Virus record (IMG/VR): IMGVR_UViG_3300047378_000870
Span: 1 to 55,432 of that record
Strand: one strand, 5' to 3'
Source of the DNA: a virus
Taxonomy: Duplodnaviria > Caudoviricetes
Length of the DNA stretch: 55,432 nt
The position numbers were made by a program, and so were the translations under genes. Shown here piece by piece: positions 17,582 through 26,332 of the stretch. The notes under the pieces were generated by a model that worked only from the letters and a program-made list of their open reading frames with translations, was not told the origin of the DNA and ran no database searches. Each line of letters opens with the position of its first letter. The stretch's first letter is position 1.

Positions 17582-18156
17582 TGGAACCATTTGAAGTTTA
17601 CAAGTTATATCTTGCATTAAAACTTCACTTTACAACAGAAAAATATGACATCACGAAAACACGTGGTGCAGTGAAAGCAAGCGAGAAAGCATTCCTTAAA
17701 CGCAAGGATATTATCGCTATGCGTAAACTCGCAAGAGATTACACGAAAAAAGAAGTCATTGATTTACTTGTAGCCAACTTTGTCTCAGGCGATAAATGGG
17801 GTGGAATGTTTGATACCCAGTCATCAGAGATCTATAAAGATTGGAAGACTCGTAAATCAAGGAGAGAATATCAGTTCAACCAAGATGTAGAACTGATAAA
17901 ATTAGAGATGGAAAAACAATCTATCTCTAATCCGTTTGTAGCTGATCAGGGGCATCATGCTCTGGTATATCGACTCTATTTGGGCAAAAAAATTACGATA
18001 GAATCGTTAGTTTTGCTTGACAAATTGTTCGATTTAAGCTATAAAGAAGAAGATGATATATTCCTGAAGGACATCTCCTTGCTCATCAGGAAGTATCGTC
18101 CGTTTGTTAAACTAACAGACAAGATGAGGTATGTAGGTGAAAACATTTATAAATAA
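17581..18156 (+). CDS. gp59: Helicase loader
   Basis: VYKLYLALKLHFTTEKYD, LVANF, KYRPF. Confidence 0.88.
   Translation: MEPFEVYKLYLALKLHFTTEKYDITKTRGAVKASEKAFLKRKDIIAMRKLARDYTKKEVIDLLVANFVSGDKWGGMFDTQSSEIYKDWKTRKSRREYQFNQDVELIKLEMEKQSISNPFVADQGHHALVYRLYLGKKITIESLVLLDKLFDLSYKEEDDIFLKDISLLIRKYRPFVKLTDKMRYVGENIYK
18148..18155 (+). promoter_or_regulatory. T4 late promoter upstream of gp32
   Basis: Perfect TATAAATA overlapping the gp59 stop. Confidence 0.65.
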
Positions 18157-18215
18157 CTCGTCCGCTGATACAGGACAAACACACATCGAAGACAACGCTT
18201 ATACGGAGAAAAAAT

Positions 18216-19124
18216 ATGTCGTTTAATTCACTATCTGACTTGCGCAAAGCAAGAGGCTCTTTCGATAATCTAATGAAAGAAGTCGAAAAAATTGACTCCC
18301 CCCAAAATAACTACAAGAAAGATGACGGTAACGAGTGGAAGCTCTCAGTAGATTCCGCTGGTAACGGTTACGCTGTCTTGCGTTTCTTGCCTGCACCGAA
18401 AGGCGAGGAACTCCCATGGGTTCGCATGTTCAATCATGGGTTCCAAGGTCCAACAGGAAAGTGGTATATCGAAAACTCACTTACCACGTTGAACCAACAG
18501 GATCCTGTTTCCGAGTTGAACAGCGAACTTTGGAACAGTGGCACTGATGCAAACAAAGATCTTGCTCGTAAGCAAAAACGCCGTTTGTCATATTATGCCA
18601 ATGTTCTTGTTGTTAAAGACTCAGCCAATCCTCAGAACGAGGGTCAGGTGATGCTTTACAAGTTCGGTAAGAAAATCTTTGACAAAATCAAAGATGTAAT
18701 GCAGCCTCAGTTCGAGGATGAGAATCCAGTGAATCCTTTTGATTTCTGGGAAGGTGTAAACTTTAAACTGAAGGCACGTCAGGTCGATGGATATCGTAAC
18801 TATGACAAGTCTGAGTTTGAATCAACCCCTACTCCTGTTGCAGATTCTGACGAAGCAATTGAAGCAGTATGGGCAAAGCAACACTCACTTGCTGAAATCG
18901 TCAGCCCTGACAACTTTAAGTCTTATGACGAACTGAAACAGAAATTAGATATGGTTCTTGCAGGCGGTGCGAAAGTTACCACTGCTGAGAAAGTCGCTGA
19001 GCAAACTGGTGATGTTGAAGACCAAATCTATGTGCAGGAAGCAACTTCTAGCACTGTCGTTTCTAACGCTGATGATGAAGATGATACATTGTCATACTTC
19101 GCGAAGTTGGCTGAAGAAGACTAA
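18216..19124 (+). CDS. gp32: Single-stranded DNA-binding protein
   Basis: GNGYAVLRFLPA, HGFQGPTGKWYIENS, YKFGKKIFDKI, NPFDFWEG, acidic tail ending YFAKLAEED. Confidence 0.96.
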   Translation: MSFNSLSDLRKARGSFDNLMKEVEKIDSPQNNYKKDDGNEWKLSVDSAGNGYAVLRFLPAPKGEELPWVRMFNHGFQGPTGKWYIENSLTTLNQQDPVSELNSELWNSGTDANKDLARKQKRRLSYYANVLVVKDSANPQNEGQVMLYKFGKKIFDKIKDVMQPQFEDENPVNPFDFWEGVNFKLKARQVDGYRNYDKSEFESTPTPVADSDEAIEAVWAKQHSLAEIVSPDNFKSYDELKQKLDMVLAGGAKVTTAEKVAEQTGDVEDQIYVQEATSSTVVSNADDEDDTLSYFAKLAEED

Positions 19125-19148
19125 GAATCATTCTCCTATGGATGATGG

Positions 19149-19176
19149 AAGGGGGGACTTCGGTCTCCCCTTTTTT
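19149..19176 (+). terminator. Intrinsic terminator with UUCG tetraloop, between convergent genes
   Basis: AAGGGGGGAC-TTCG-GTCTCCCCTT followed by TTTT. Confidence 0.85.
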
Positions 19177-20683
19177 AGAACCCCATTGGCATTCTGACTA
19201 GATTAATTTTCTTTAATTCTTCTGCCAGACTATCTTTCGCTTTACGATCTACAGTGATTGTAGTTGCAATACTATCCTGATTTTGCGCTGGTGGCGCGGA
19301 TGTAGGTGCAGGTGGAGCAATTATTGGTGCTGTCTTATTTGCAGCCATTGTTACGTCTGTGTAACTATCAATCTCTGACTCAACAGTCTCTGCAACTGAT
19401 GTAGGTGTTGGAACTGCAGTTGCAGCAGTTGTCGTATTACTCGACAATGCATCTAGATTAGCTGTTTGTTCGCCGCTCTTCGCTTCTTCGCGCATAGTTT
19501 TTAAGATCGTATCGAACATTTCTTTATTGCCCTCTGAGGCATGTTTTTTCAAAGCAGCAATATAGCCATCTTTACGATCGGGATCTAGTTTTCTGGTGAT
19601 TGGATTACTTTCACGTTCGAAGCCAGAAACTCTTCTTTCAAGTTGCTGGGTAGTTCTCTCGTTTCTACTTTCTTCGTCCATACCGAAAAGATTCTTTGTT
19701 CCTTCTACAGCACCACCAATCAACTTTGCACCTGCTTCTTCAATATCATCTCTGTAACCCAACTTGTCAATACCCATATATGCACCTTCAGCAACTAAGG
19801 ATGCTGCTCCTAATACAGGAACTGCTCTCAAAGCAAGTTTACCAACACCCATTGCTGCTCTGGTTGCTACTGATCGAGTTGCAGCTTTCTTAGCCGCCGC
19901 TTGTGCTGCTCTTTTTTGACCAGCTGCTGACTTAGGATCAGCTACAGCCTTACCTGTTTTTGCATCTCTCAGAGTTCCTTTTTTGTCCCTTACAGTTCCT
20001 CTCGGGTCTCTATTTGTCAACCCAACTTTATCTGTAGCCATCTTAGCTGCAGGTAGTGCCAATGCTGCAGTTGCCAAGCCTGCAGCTGGTCTTACAGCTT
20101 CAAATGCTTCACTTACTTTATCTGTTTCTGGATCGCCTTCCTCTTTTTTCTTGGGGACTTCAGCCAGAAGTTTTGCAATAGCGACACCAAACCCTACAGT
20201 GCTTGCACTAATACCAGTAATAGCTTTATTAAAGTCTTTCATCTGTTTACTGTTGAAGAAAGATTCTTTAATAGCATCCTCATCTTTTGGTGGTAATGCT
20301 TGTCCACCAGCTGACGGTGGGTTTACGAGGTCAGTATTTTTTGCTGTCTTATCAGTATTCTGTGCGATGATTTCGAGGAGTTCTTCTTCTTTTTTGTTAC
20401 TTAGATCAGGTAGTGGAACAGTTACAGGACTAACACCAACATTGCCACCAATTCCTGCCTTAATAGCACCTGATGCTGTGCCTGAACGGACTGCACCGAT
20501 ACCTCCTTGGATAGCACCAGACGCGCCACCGAGCATTGAACCCGCGCCGAAAAGTGCGCCACCTTTCGCTACTTTACCAGCAACACGACCTGTCGCCTTA
20601 CCAGTATTCACAGCTGTTCTGCCAGTGGATTTAGCCACTCTACCTAATGCAGCTCCACCTAATCTTAGAAGTGCCCCAATCAT
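19175..20683 (-). CDS. Putative tail tape-measure / hub-associated protein
   Basis: Ala/Gly/Lys-rich helical low-complexity sequence directly downstream of gp26-gp51. Confidence 0.5.
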   Translation of the reverse strand: MIGALLRLGGAALGRVAKSTGRTAVNTGKATGRVAGKVAKGGALFGAGSMLGGASGAIQGGIGAVRSGTASGAIKAGIGGNVGVSPVTVPLPDLSNKKEEELLEIIAQNTDKTAKNTDLVNPPSAGGQALPPKDEDAIKESFFNSKQMKDFNKAITGISASTVGFGVAIAKLLAEVPKKKEEGDPETDKVSEAFEAVRPAAGLATAALALPAAKMATDKVGLTNRDPRGTVRDKKGTLRDAKTGKAVADPKSAAGQKRAAQAAAKKAATRSVATRAAMGVGKLALRAVPVLGAASLVAEGAYMGIDKLGYRDDIEEAGAKLIGGAVEGTKNLFGMDEESRNERTTQQLERRVSGFERESNPITRKLDPDRKDGYIAALKKHASEGNKEMFDTILKTMREEAKSGEQTANLDALSSNTTTAATAVPTPTSVAETVESEIDSYTDVTMAANKTAPIIAPPAPTSAPPAQNQDSIATTITVDRKAKDSLAEELKKINLVRMPMGF

Positions 20684-20839
20684 CTACATACCCTTTTTTA
20701 TTTGTTCTTGTTTTTTCTTCAGGTGCTGGACTAACATACTAACATAAACTTCTCTCTCCCATGGTATCATATTCTCTAATTCTGTTAGCGAATAATTATG
20801 TTCCTGCATCAATAAGAAATTTGTTTTATACAGGTTCAT
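20684..20839 (-). CDS. gp51: gp51-like baseplate hub assembly catalyst (possibly the frameshifted tail of gp26)
   Basis: Not in the ORF track. MNLYKTNFLLMQEHNYSLTELENMIPWEREVYVSMLVQHLKK matches the short gp51 of marine T4-like phages. Confidence 0.85.
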   Translation of the reverse strand: MNLYKTNFLLMQEHNYSLTELENMIPWEREVYVSMLVQHLKKKQEQIKKGM

Positions 20840-20859
20840 AAGAGATTCTTGGGAGAGAG

Positions 20860-21561
20860 TTATACGAAAAAATTTTCGTAACCATCAATTACTAATACAT
20901 TGTCCTCTTTACATTGTTTACATTTAAATTCTAAATTGTGATACAACTGTGGCATCGTTTCAAAAAATACTTTAATCTTATCGAACTGATCTGAGTTCAA
21001 ATTATCAATCCAATCCATTCTTTCATCAGGTGGATTACCCTGAAAATCAATTACATCCTCGCCAAAATAAAGAGTTTCGATATTGTTAGCGACAATATGA
21101 TAGATGTCTGAGTCTTCATTAGCACTTACCAAATCACTCACTTCATCAACCGTTGGATATTTCATTTCAATAACAATATCAGATGCTAACTCAACTTTAT
21201 TAGTATGCTCATCTGCTCTTATAATTTCGACTTCATCGATATCAAGAAAAACTTCATTCTCTGCTTCACATTTAGCACACAAAGCATTTAGTTCTATTAC
21301 ATTACCAATTGACTGAGATCTTAAACTCAGAAAAGTCTTTTGCACTTCAAACAGTGGTAATTTCTCACCATTCACTTTACCAAATGAACAATTCGATATG
21401 ATTTGTTGTGCAGCATATAGCATATCTTTATTGTCATCTGACTCAGTCGCCATGACCAAGATTTTTTGTTCTCTGACCAAAAATGGTCTAAATTTAAATT
21501 CTTTCCCAAGAGAATCAACTCTCATTTTAAACGTAGGTGTTTCAATTTGTGGGAGTGCCAT
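20860..21561 (-). CDS. gp26: gp26-like baseplate hub assembly protein
   Basis: MALPQIETP, FRPFLVREQKIL, LRSQSIG, two CxxC motifs, MKYPT, FFETMP, ends GYENFF. Confidence 0.85.
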   Translation of the reverse strand: MALPQIETPTFKMRVDSLGKEFKFRPFLVREQKILVMATESDDNKDMLYAAQQIISNCSFGKVNGEKLPLFEVQKTFLSLRSQSIGNVIELNALCAKCEAENEVFLDIDEVEIIRADEHTNKVELASDIVIEMKYPTVDEVSDLVSANEDSDIYHIVANNIETLYFGEDVIDFQGNPPDERMDWIDNLNSDQFDKIKVFFETMPQLYHNLEFKCKQCKEDNVLVIDGYENFFV

Positions 21562-21575
21562 AATTATAATCCTTG

Positions 21576-22190
21576 TTATACTCTATTCAGAAGGAAGTCA
21601 ACTGGGTTATCTTTCAAAATATTCATAAACCTTCTAACATTTTGTAGTGGTCCAGTCGTTTCTTTGAGAGCTTTAGACTCCCATAAACGATATGTGAATG
21701 TTACTGTTACACGAACAGGAGCATCACTTGCTTGTGACATCGGTGTCAAGTTAAGTAATCTTGGCCATGCTTCAATGAGTTCCCAACTACCTGTGCGATT
21801 ATCACCGCGATCTAGTGAATAGATCTCTACATTCCCAATGATGTCATCATAGAATGCAACTTCCTTAGATGTGATATCAACGCAATTACCCATCCACTGT
21901 TCAAAAAATTCACGAACATTCCAATCGCTATTTACTATAAAAGTGAATGTTGCGTTGTCGCCAAAAAACTCAATACCGTGTGCACGATACTCAGTCCAAT
22001 TACCAATTTTGGTTGGTGAGAAAGTTGCGATTAGTCCAGGAATCGCAGCTTCTTCACAAAGAAGCGATACTTCTCTTTCTTGTTCTTTTGCGATTGTAGG
22101 AGCTGTTACAACAATCTCAAACCTACTGGAACGCGCTAGGTCTTTTTTCCTTACATTAGAGAGGAAATCGTTTAGTTTAAAAATAGCCAT
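21576..22190 (-). CDS. Tail tube-fold protein (gp54/gp19-like tube initiator)
   Basis: LARSSRFEI, LCEEAAIPG, REFFEQW, EAWP, VTVTFTYR.W. Confidence 0.7.
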   Translation of the reverse strand: MAIFKLNDFLSNVRKKDLARSSRFEIVVTAPTIAKEQEREVSLLCEEAAIPGLIATFSPTKIGNWTEYRAHGIEFFGDNATFTFIVNSDWNVREFFEQWMGNCVDITSKEVAFYDDIIGNVEIYSLDRGDNRTGSWELIEAWPRLLNLTPMSQASDAPVRVTVTFTYRLWESKALKETTGPLQNVRRFMNILKDNPVDFLLNRV

Positions 22191-22756
22191 TATAGCATAC
22201 CCCTTGAATCAGCGAAGACTTTGTTCTTAGTAGCACCCTTAAAGTTCTCGATTGGTAGAAAAATTGCTGCTTTCCAGTCTTCAGGATTGACTTTATATAA
22301 TCTCGTTACGATACGATTCGAGAGATATCTCTTCACGCAAGGGTTGACTTCATTGCCGACACTTTTCAATAATGACCAATTGTATCTCATCTTAGTTTCT
22401 GAGTTTAATGTTTTACTGCTCGCCGTGTCGATCAACTCACCCAACAACTTGGCACGAAGCATATAAGGCAGATAGTGAAGATTCAATCCATAGAATCCAC
22501 CAGCTGCTTGTTCATATGGCAATACAAGCGGAAATGTATCATAATATGGGAGTTTATCTTTTGTTTTTGGGTCGTATCTATAGAGATACATACTCCCCAC
22601 CTCAATTTTGCTTGCTGTCTCAAATATGTCAGAACGCATTGCTGCAGCTGGCGTGTTAATGTTATTCGCCAGATTGCGCACTTGCGTCATATACCAGTTA
22701 AAACTTTTTTGCTGGTCGTTAGAGTTAACTCTGATTTGTTCAAACGGGTTTGCCAT
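22190..22756 (-). CDS. gp2: DNA end protector protein
   Basis: YDPKTKDKLPYYDTFPLV, GLNLHYLP, CVKRYL, AIFLPIENF. Confidence 0.92.
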   Translation of the reverse strand: MANPFEQIRVNSNDQQKSFNWYMTQVRNLANNINTPAAAMRSDIFETASKIEVGSMYLYRYDPKTKDKLPYYDTFPLVLPYEQAAGGFYGLNLHYLPYMLRAKLLGELIDTASSKTLNSETKMRYNWSLLKSVGNEVNPCVKRYLSNRIVTRLYKVNPEDWKAAIFLPIENFKGATKNKVFADSRGML

Positions 22757-22760
22757 AACC

Positions 22761-23204
22761 CTATTTATAAGAGATTCCCAATTCTTTCTCAGTTAAGATT
22801 TTAAATTCCCAACCCTGATCAATACAAAACTCTGTGGCACTTTCCCATTTAGCGATATTTGTGCCATATTGCTTCACTTCTTCAATAAATCTCTTCGTTT
22901 TTCTTTTTGGCATTTTGGGTTCTTTTGTAAATCGCTCGGGTTTAATTTCAACCAGATACTTCTTACCGTTTAACTTCATATAGAAATCAGGAAAATATCT
23001 ATGCATTCTGCCATCGATGGGAGAGCGATATGGAATCGCTAATTCTTCCGACCCCCACTCAACGATATTATCATTAATATCACACCAGTTCATAAATTTC
23101 AACTCATATGATGAGCGATAGGTGATGTTGTTAACATTCCCCCGATACTTTTTAGGATTTCTAGGTTTAAAACGACCTTGATGTAATTTCTTTGAATATG
23201 GCAT
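22761..23204 (-). CDS. gp4: Head completion nuclease
   Basis: PRNPKKYRG, YRSSYELKFM.WCD, WGSEE, RYFPDF, VEIKP, AKW. Confidence 0.94.
   Translation of the reverse strand: MPYSKKLHQGRFKPRNPKKYRGNVNNITYRSSYELKFMNWCDINDNIVEWGSEELAIPYRSPIDGRMHRYFPDFYMKLNGKKYLVEIKPERFTKEPKMPKRKTKRFIEEVKQYGTNIAKWESATEFCIDQGWEFKILTEKELGISYK
22762..22769 (-). promoter_or_regulatory. T4 late promoter for gp2
   Basis: TATAAATA on -, 5 nt before the gp2 ATG. Confidence 0.7.
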
Positions 23205-23238
23205 TATAAATAAGATTAAATAAGAAAAACTATTTATA
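23205..23238. promoter_or_regulatory. Face-to-face pair of T4 late promoters (gp48 on +, gp4 on -)
   Basis: TATAAATA at 23205-23212 (+) and TATTTATA at 23231-23238 (-). Confidence 0.75.
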
Positions 23239-23247
23239 GAGCGACCA

Positions 23248-24447
23248 ATGACTCAAACAGGTAATACAACTACTACTGCCACAAGCGTAGAAACTACACA
23301 AACTAGTCACAGAGAAAAGGTTCAAAATTCTCGCCAAAAGGAAGAAGCCCGAGGTCGTAATGTGTTAAAGAAGGCGAAAGGATCGCCTCGTATTATAAAA
23401 TATCCAGGAAATTTAGGAACCTCTGAGCAACCTCACAGCATTAATTTTTACATCAGTCAATTCGTTCCTGGAGCAGATGGTGAAAAAGTAAGACAGGCGA
23501 ATGCCAAATCAAATAGTTTCGGTATTCCATCTGCTCGTATTGGTAATGAGATCACATTCGAAAATGCAGATAGCATTGAAAAAGCAAATTCAACGATTAC
23601 TAATGTCGCAGGAACTATAGTGGGTGCTACTGCGGGTGGTTCGCTCGGCGGCGGCGGACTGACAGGTCTTGTGGCGAAAATTGCAGGCGCATTGGCTGGT
23701 GGGAACATCACTGATCACCTTTCTCAAGATGCAACAAGCATTAAAACCACACCAGCTATCCGAATGAGAGAAGTAATATCACTTCACATACCACAATCAC
23801 CACAAGCAAAATATGGTGCTGTTTTTGAGAATGAATCTATCGGAACAGTGCTTGGTGTCCTAGCCACAGGTGGTGGTGATGTTCAGGCATTGATGGATGC
23901 TGCCGCTGGTGGGACAGGGCAAGAGATAATTTCCCGTGCATTGATGGATGCAGCTTCACTACCAAAAGCTGCGGGTCTTGGTTTTAATCCTGGAGGATTG
24001 GCTCGCGCTGCAAGTAAAAAAGTTAGAAACCCATTTCAAGAGCAAATTTTTAAAACAATGAATTTTAGGTCTTTTGCCTTTCAATATAAATTTGCACCTA
24101 GAAATCTAAAAGAATTTCAGAATGTGCAAGAGATTATAAAACTCTTTAAATATCATATGCACCCAGAAAAAAGTCCTGATGGTGCATTCTTTACATTCCC
24201 ATCAGTATTCGATATCGAATATAGATACAAAAATGACCGAAATCAATTTGTAAATAAAATCGCCACATCTGTCTTAACTGACCTGTCTGTTGATTATGGG
24301 TCAGAGGGTGTGTTTACTACATTCAGAGATACTGACGGTGCGCCATCAGAGATCACAATGGCAATGCAATTTAGAGAAATCGTTCTGTTGTCTAAAGATC
24401 CTAATAGTGATGATCTTACTGATGGTGCAGGAGTAAGAGGTTACTAA
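23248..24447 (+). CDS. gp48: Baseplate tail tube cap
   Basis: NPFQEQIFKTMNFRSFAFQYKFAPRN..E...V.EII..FKYHMHP, PS.FDIEY. Confidence 0.85.
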   Translation: MTQTGNTTTTATSVETTQTSHREKVQNSRQKEEARGRNVLKKAKGSPRIIKYPGNLGTSEQPHSINFYISQFVPGADGEKVRQANAKSNSFGIPSARIGNEITFENADSIEKANSTITNVAGTIVGATAGGSLGGGGLTGLVAKIAGALAGGNITDHLSQDATSIKTTPAIRMREVISLHIPQSPQAKYGAVFENESIGTVLGVLATGGGDVQALMDAAAGGTGQEIISRALMDAASLPKAAGLGFNPGGLARAASKKVRNPFQEQIFKTMNFRSFAFQYKFAPRNLKEFQNVQEIIKLFKYHMHPEKSPDGAFFTFPSVFDIEYRYKNDRNQFVNKIATSVLTDLSVDYGSEGVFTTFRDTDGAPSEITMAMQFREIVLLSKDPNSDDLTDGAGVRGY

Positions 24448-24950
24448 TGTTTGAAAAAATGCCAAATTTAGGTTACATCATCGATAAACGAGTTGTAACT
24501 GTAAAAGATATCTTTCGTCGTGTAGCAGTATTAGGTGAAGCTATAAATGACTATCAATTGGAACATTACACAATTCAAGATGGTGAATGGCCAGAGGACG
24601 TAGCATATAAATTATATGGAGATCCTAAACTATACTGGACTATTTTGCTCGTGAACAATATTATCGACCCATATAATGATTGGTTTGTCCCATCAGAAGT
24701 TCTTGAAGAGTTCACGGCAGAAAAATATGGTGCTGAACAGGTAGATTCTGCACACCATTGGGTTCTTCCTGATAGACCAGAAGTTTGTGTTGAATATGAT
24801 GCAGCCAAATTAGCAAATGGTGAAATCATACAAATTTCCAATAAAGAACACGAAGAACTTTTGAATGATACTCGACAATTCATAAGAGTTGTTAGGTCTG
24901 ATAATATTAAAGATTTCGTTAAAGATTTTGAGCAGAAGATTAACGTATAA
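24447..24950 (+). CDS. gp53: Baseplate wedge subunit (LysM-like)
   Basis: YTIQDGEWPEDVAYKLYGDPKLYWTILLVNNIIDPYNDW. Confidence 0.9.
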   Translation: MFEKMPNLGYIIDKRVVTVKDIFRRVAVLGEAINDYQLEHYTIQDGEWPEDVAYKLYGDPKLYWTILLVNNIIDPYNDWFVPSEVLEEFTAEKYGAEQVDSAHHWVLPDRPEVCVEYDAAKLANGEIIQISNKEHEELLNDTRQFIRVVRSDNIKDFVKDFEQKINV

Positions 24951-26332
24951 TGACTGATGTTAACGTCAATGCTGGCGATGTAGTAATTGAAGATATTTAC
25001 ATCTCATCGCCTGAAGCTGGAACGACGGATATTATAAATTTCGTCATGCAGTTCGAGATATTCATGAGCGTCGAGTCAAACTCGATGACTATGAATGTGC
25101 ATATGGCAGACTCAGCTGGTCTTATAACCGCTTTGCCTATTATGGGACAAGAAAAACTCACTGTTAGGTTTAAAACACCAAATGTAGACCAGTCGTTCTT
25201 CAGAACATTTATTGTTCACACGATTAGTAATCGTTCTCTCAACAGAGATAGAGAACAAAGATATACATTGGAATGTATATCAGAGGAAGCATATGTAAAT
25301 TCAACATCTCGGTTGACCTCTAAATTCAAAGGGGCTACTGATGAAATAGCAGCTACGATTTTCGAAGACATCACAAGACCGAGAATAACCTTTGCTGATG
25401 GAAAACAAACACCTAATAGTGAATTGACTATTATCGATAATCCATTTTCATCAAACAACTTTGAGTTTACTTGTAATTATTGGTCACCGTTCAAAGCAAT
25501 GAATTTTCTAGCTTCAAGAAGCCGAGGAAATGAAAGCAAAAAAACTAATGTAATGTTTTATGAAGGTAGAGGTTCATTTAATTTTTTACCATTAGAGTAT
25601 CTGGTGAAGACTCAAAAAGATAGAAAATCTATTTACGACGAATATACAACTGTTGGTAGCCAAGAAGCTCCTGTATATGATGATAAACGGGATAAGACAT
25701 ACAAGTATCAAACCAAATATTTAAATAGTCAATATCATACGATACAATCAATGGATTATCCTTTCTTTAAAAGTCTCATAAAGAATAATGTTACAGGATT
25801 TCATGCAACGTCAGTATTTTCTTATGACTTTGTTACTAAAAGATTTGTATCAATGAAATATGATAACCGACCAGAAGCACCTTCTTTGGCTGAAGAAGAT
25901 AAGAAATATATTAAAGAGTCATTTTCTGATTTTACCCCAATAGGAAAATATAATAGCATCAACGATTCTACATTAGCAGATCCTCTTGCTCATAGAACAT
26001 TTACTCCTATGGCAACTTCTCCTTTTGGATCTTCTTATACTAGAGGTGTTGAGCAGGTCAGAAATCAACTTGTAAGAAATTTCGCAATGACGGAGTTGGA
26101 AAACCAAGCAATTGAGATTACAGTTCCAGGAAAATCAGATATTGATGTGGGGCTTCTCACAAGATTGGTATTTCCTAAAACAGAAGATAAGACATCTATG
26201 CCGAAACTTAATGAATTAGAAGATCCGTTTGTTTCAGGTTTATACCTAATAACAGCGGTAAAACATACAATACAACCACAAAACCATACAATGACTCTGC
26301 GTCTGATCAGAGATAGTTTGGGAGGTTTATAA
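24950..26332 (+). CDS. Baseplate hub protein (gp27-like)
   Basis: LPIMGQEKL, ITVPG, SGLYLITAVKH; lies between gp53 and gp5. Confidence 0.6.
   Translation: MTDVNVNAGDVVIEDIYISSPEAGTTDIINFVMQFEIFMSVESNSMTMNVHMADSAGLITALPIMGQEKLTVRFKTPNVDQSFFRTFIVHTISNRSLNRDREQRYTLECISEEAYVNSTSRLTSKFKGATDEIAATIFEDITRPRITFADGKQTPNSELTIIDNPFSSNNFEFTCNYWSPFKAMNFLASRSRGNESKKTNVMFYEGRGSFNFLPLEYLVKTQKDRKSIYDEYTTVGSQEAPVYDDKRDKTYKYQTKYLNSQYHTIQSMDYPFFKSLIKNNVTGFHATSVFSYDFVTKRFVSMKYDNRPEAPSLAEEDKKYIKESFSDFTPIGKYNSINDSTLADPLAHRTFTPMATSPFGSSYTRGVEQVRNQLVRNFAMTELENQAIEITVPGKSDIDVGLLTRLVFPKTEDKTSMPKLNELEDPFVSGLYLITAVKHTIQPQNHTMTLRLIRDSLGGL

Noticed and set aside
18157-18215. T4-style gp32 autoregulatory operator or pseudoknot
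   Set aside because: I could not identify a convincing pseudoknot or long unstructured A/U tract by eye.
19983-20747. 254-aa + strand ORF
   Set aside because: It is the antisense shadow of the low-complexity Ala/Gly gene and of gp51.
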